Below, piece after piece: positions 60,780 through 64,000 of a stretch of 64,000 nucleotides of DNA. The stretch covers positions 806,001-870,000 of the forward strand of contig JAQOWU010000008.1 of the NCBI GenBank assembly GCA_030867685.1. Reading direction: 5' to 3'. Source of the DNA: Wickerhamiella versatilis. Taxonomy: Eukaryota. Every line of letters begins with the position of its first letter. Position 1 is the stretch's first letter. The translations under genes and the position numbers were made by a program. A model generated the notes under the pieces. It was not told where the DNA came from and made no database searches. It saw only the letters and a program-made list of their open reading frames with translations.

Positions 60780-61886
60780 ATGGACGGTGACGCCCTTCAA
60801 GCGCTGCGGGCAGCGATATCTGAGGGCTCTAGTATCGATCTCTTAGCTGGTGATGATATTGTGCCCCTTTCAGATGCTAAATTGCTGGGTCTGAGTGTCC
60901 GTGGCAAAACTTTAAAGTTTGATCTTGACGCGGAGACAACATTTGAATCGCAGGAGCCGCATCACGAGTTTATTTCCCTCCGTACTGTTGTAAACTGTTG
61001 GCTGACACGAGATTTGAGTGTTGCAGATTATATAGAAAGGTCCGATGAACTTGGTGTGAAAAATCTAAAGTTCTTGGAGCGTACTGCTCTTATTGAATGG
61101 TTGGACGGCTCTAATGATGAATGCGAATACATCAAAACCAGTGATGGAGATCACGTCGTCACGAAAGATGCAAAAGATGAGCAGCTAAAAGATTATCTTC
61201 TACATGAGCGGTCACTACTTGATCACAATACTGTTCTTCGAGGATCCAAAAAAATTAATTTCAGCAATGCTGCCCTTCAATGCCATCGCCAAATAATTTC
61301 TGAATACCAGAAGCACCAGAAGCCAGAAGGTACAAAAAGCGCTGGTGGGAACTCTTCCTATTCCACGAAAAGCACATCATCTTTACCACCGCTCAAGCCA
61401 GGGAGGAACAAGGATCCTATTATTTTACTATCTCCCAGCCCCTCAAGCTTGTTGAACATGGGTAACGTGAAAGAGTTTCTGGAAGAGAGTAAGTTTGAAC
61501 CAGCACTTAAAGGGTCCACGGATGCCGCATTTCAGAGAATTAGCCGTCAATCACCATTAATCGGTAAGGTACGTTTTGTGGTAACGGATTCTGTAACGCA
61601 ATTCAAGCCAGAGTATTGGGACCGTGTTGTTGCCGTCTTCGTGACGGGACAACCTTGGCAGCTCAGACAGTACAAGTGGTCCGACGCCAATACTTTATTT
61701 CATAATGTTCTTGGTTTCGCACTCTTGTACAGAGGAGATCCAGTGCCGGAACTCCTGAAGCAATGGAATGTAAAAATTGAAAATCTCGACCGGACCAAAC
61801 GGTTCAGAGACAGAGAAGTAGTCGAACGGTTTTGGGAACAAATAGAGGCTTACATGGTAGCGCGCGGATGGCCAGTAGTACATTAG
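60780..61886 (+). CDS. CDC73: Paf1 complex subunit
   Basis: LKFLERTALIEWLDG, ERSLLDHNTVLRGSK, KDPIILLSPS, FKPEYWDRVVAVFVTGQPWQ, RFRDREVVE. Confidence 0.94.
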   Translation: MDGDALQALRAAISEGSSIDLLAGDDIVPLSDAKLLGLSVRGKTLKFDLDAETTFESQEPHHEFISLRTVVNCWLTRDLSVADYIERSDELGVKNLKFLERTALIEWLDGSNDECEYIKTSDGDHVVTKDAKDEQLKDYLLHERSLLDHNTVLRGSKKINFSNAALQCHRQIISEYQKHQKPEGTKSAGGNSSYSTKSTSSLPPLKPGRNKDPIILLSPSPSSLLNMGNVKEFLEESKFEPALKGSTDAAFQRISRQSPLIGKVRFVVTDSVTQFKPEYWDRVVAVFVTGQPWQLRQYKWSDANTLFHNVLGFALLYRGDPVPELLKQWNVKIENLDRTKRFRDREVVERFWEQIEAYMVARGWPVVH

Positions 61887-61916
61887 TTTAATTATATATA
61901 CTAATATAGCTTTCTC

Positions 61917-62174
61917 CTAACGACGGTTCCAGTCCTTCCCCTTGCTCTCTGGTGCATCTCGGGTCGAAACCCTCTCGTTGTTATGATTACGCTCCCAGCA
62001 TTCACGGAAAGCTTTCATGTGATCCATACACTTTCTCCAGTCACCTGTTTCTGCATGGCATAACTGTAATCGCTCGTTTTCTGCGTAACACCCTGTTTTT
62101 GCTATCCGTACATCCCAGGGATCCTCCTCTTCTTCCTCCTCACCAGATCCCTGCGGTAAATCACGTAAGGTCAT
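61917..62174 (-). CDS. COA4: Twin CX9C cytochrome c oxidase assembly factor
   Basis: DPWDVRIAKTGCYAENERLQLCHAETGDWRKCMDHMKAFRECW; start uncertain (in-frame ATGs at 62174, 62189, 62192). Confidence 0.9.
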   Translation of the reverse strand: MTLRDLPQGSGEEEEEEDPWDVRIAKTGCYAENERLQLCHAETGDWRKCMDHMKAFRECWERNHNNERVSTRDAPESKGKDWNRR

Positions 62175-62190
62175 TGGTGATTTGAGCATC

Positions 62191-64000
62191 ATGAACGTAC
62201 TGGTATATGGGGGGGATGGAACCAGTACTGAATCTCTTCATCAAGTATTGTCGTGTTTGCGTTCTGTTCTCTCGCCTTTCTATGCAGTTAGTGTTGTGAG
62301 TAAAGATCAAATACTGGATGAGCCTTGGCCCGATGTCACCTCCCTCTTGGTTATACCAGGCGGAGCTGATTTGCCCTACTGCAGAGACCTGAACGGCAAG
62401 GGAAATGCTCGTATTTCCAGGTATGTCAGGCAAGGGGGTAGGTTTATGGGTCTTTGTGCAGGAGCTTATTACGGTTGTGCCTCAATCATTTTTGAAGAAA
62501 ATACACCAATTGAGGTGTCAGGCCCTCGAGAGCTAGCCTTTCTAGAAGTTTTGGCTAGAGGATGTGTTTTTAAAGGATTTGAATATGGCACTAATAAAGG
62601 TGCAAGAGCGGCAAAAGTCTCAACAGACATCGGACAATTCACGACCTTTTATAATGGTGGCTGTCTATTTGATGGAGATGAAAGTCAGATGGAGGTTCTG
62701 GCCAGGTATTCCGATCCCATTGATTGTGCTTATTCGGGGCATGACTTGCCCCCTGCAGTTGTTCGAAAAAAATTTGGTTCCGGGTGGGTAGTTCTATCCG
62801 GCGTCCACCTGGAGTATGATACCGAGCTTCTGCTTTCCAGAGACAGTTATGAGCAGGAATTACATGACGATTTATCAAAAGACCGGAATCAACGGCTAAA
62901 GTTCCTAAAAGAAGTAATAACATCAATTGGGCTACAGGTTAGCGAAAATGAGCCCAGTGTTCCACATCTGACTCCACTCACGTTGACTTCCTTCGGCTGT
63001 AAACCAACAACAGATGACTTTTTAGCATTATTCCCCTCTGAGGTTTTTCCTGATGCCGAAAATCAGTTTTTTATCGGATCGCAGAATACCATTTTAACGA
63101 AAGAGCATTCAGGCTCCACACTTATCAGGGTATATCCCGACAGAGTGCTCCCATCCAAGCGTGAGACTCCGTCATTTGATCATCGTCTTTACTATGATAC
63201 CTTATTGTCAAGCACGCCTCCCTACGCGCAATATCAACCACTTCTCGGTAGTCTTTTTTTGTATGGTGAAGTTGTCACGTCGACAAATTCGATACTGGAT
63301 CACAATCCCAAATTTTTGAAGCGACTTCCCCATGGTTCTGTAGTCTTGGGCTCCCAACAGATTGCTGGAAGGGGTAGGGGGGGCAATGTATGGGTTAGTC
63401 CTAAGGGTCTTTTGGCAGTCAGCGGCGTAATTCGTGTGCCTGTAGCTGAATGCAGATATTCCCTTGTTTTCATCCAATATCTTTCGTCATTAGCCATGGT
63501 AGAAGCTATTCGAAGTTTTGGGCGGCATTATGAGAAACTTGGTGTCAGGCTGAAGTGGCCAAACGATATCTATATTGCGAATGATAATTCTTATATCAAG
63601 CTTGGGGGTATAATTGTTACTTGTTCCATATCTGAAGGAGAATATATTCTAGTGTTCGGATCAGGAACCAACGTCGACAATTCGCATCCTACGGTCTCCC
63701 TTAATTCATGCATAGATGAGTACAGGAGAAAGAATAATGTCGCGATGGATAATATAAAGCTGGAATCTTTGGCGGGGAGGTTTCTGGCTAAGTTTAACGA
63801 GATGTTCCATGTGTTCTTGGCCCAGGGTTTTCGGCCATTTGAATATACATATTACTCCTTGTGGCTGCACTCTGGCCAAGTGGTCACACTCGAACGTTAT
63901 GATCATATAAAGGCTGTCGTCAAAGGCATAAGTCTGGAAGGCGGCATGTTATTAGCAGAGGATTTGTCGTCTAAAGTAGTTTACGAACTTCAACCCGACG
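62191..64000 (+). CDS. BPL1: Biotin-protein ligase, 3' end beyond window
   Basis: Manual translation from ATG 62191: MNVLVYGG, PGGADLPYC, GLCAGAYYG (BPL_N), then YGEVVTSTN, QIAGRGRGGNVWVSP, KWPNDIY. Not in ORF track because it runs off the window. Confidence 0.95.
   Translation, partial: MNVLVYGGDGTSTESLHQVLSCLRSVLSPFYAVSVVSKDQILDEPWPDVTSLLVIPGGADLPYCRDLNGKGNARISRYVRQGGRFMGLCAGAYYGCASIIFEENTPIEVSGPRELAFLEVLARGCVFKGFEYGTNKGARAAKVSTDIGQFTTFYNGGCLFDGDESQMEVLARYSDPIDCAYSGHDLPPAVVRKKFGSGWVVLSGVHLEYDTELLLSRDSYEQELHDDLSKDRNQRLKFLKEVITSIGLQVSENEPSVPHLTPLTLTSFGCKPTTDDFLALFPSEVFPDAENQFFIGSQNTILTKEHSGSTLIRVYPDRVLPSKRETPSFDHRLYYDTLLSSTPPYAQYQPLLGSLFLYGEVVTSTNSILDHNPKFLKRLPHGSVVLGSQQIAGRGRGGNVWVSPKGLLAVSGVIRVPVAECRYSLVFIQYLSSLAMVEAIRSFGRHYEKLGVRLKWPNDIYIANDNSYIKLGGIIVTCSISEGEYILVFGSGTNVDNSHPTVSLNSCIDEYRRKNNVAMDNIKLESLAGRFLAKFNEMFHVFLAQGFRPFEYTYYSLWLHSGQVVTLERYDHIKAVVKGISLEGGMLLAEDLSSKVVYELQPD

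Overview
Eukaryotic DNA from a budding yeast (Saccharomycotina). The window is extremely compact and apparently intron-free, and CUG is read as Leu. This fits a Trichomonascaceae-like lineage such as Wickerhamiella/Starmerella, but that placement is inference only. I find 46 protein-coding genes and two tRNAs (Ile-AAT, Ala-TGC). PEP4 and BPL1 are cut by the window edges and are absent from the ORF track. Almost all genes are housekeeping: PEP4, MRPL51, NOP13, GLY1, RAD53, MGR3, HMCES/SRAP, GTR1, ERG9, FOL3, beta-adaptin, CMR1, DHH1, YEF3, SEC31, PEX8, MMM1, KRI1, IDI1, BFR1, RHB1, MCA1, RAD10, MGR1, EMC1, AIM45, STD1-like, CDC73, COA4 and BPL1. I saw no transposon, CRISPR array, bacterial-looking gene or biosynthetic cluster, and I cannot honestly claim a new multi-gene system. 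The best leads are regulatory and architectural: (1) divergent gene pairs with start codons 0-60 bp apart, with COA4/BPL1 essentially abutting; (2) a recurrent telomere-like promoter motif CCTAGCCC; (3) TTAGTCA recurring within about 35 bp of start codons; (4) a perfect 12-bp inverted repeat enclosing MCB boxes between CMR1 and an orphan AT-hook gene; (5) several gene adjacencies shared with S. cerevisiae; (6) a few uncharacterised proteins. Gene calls rest on recognised motifs, not on database searches.
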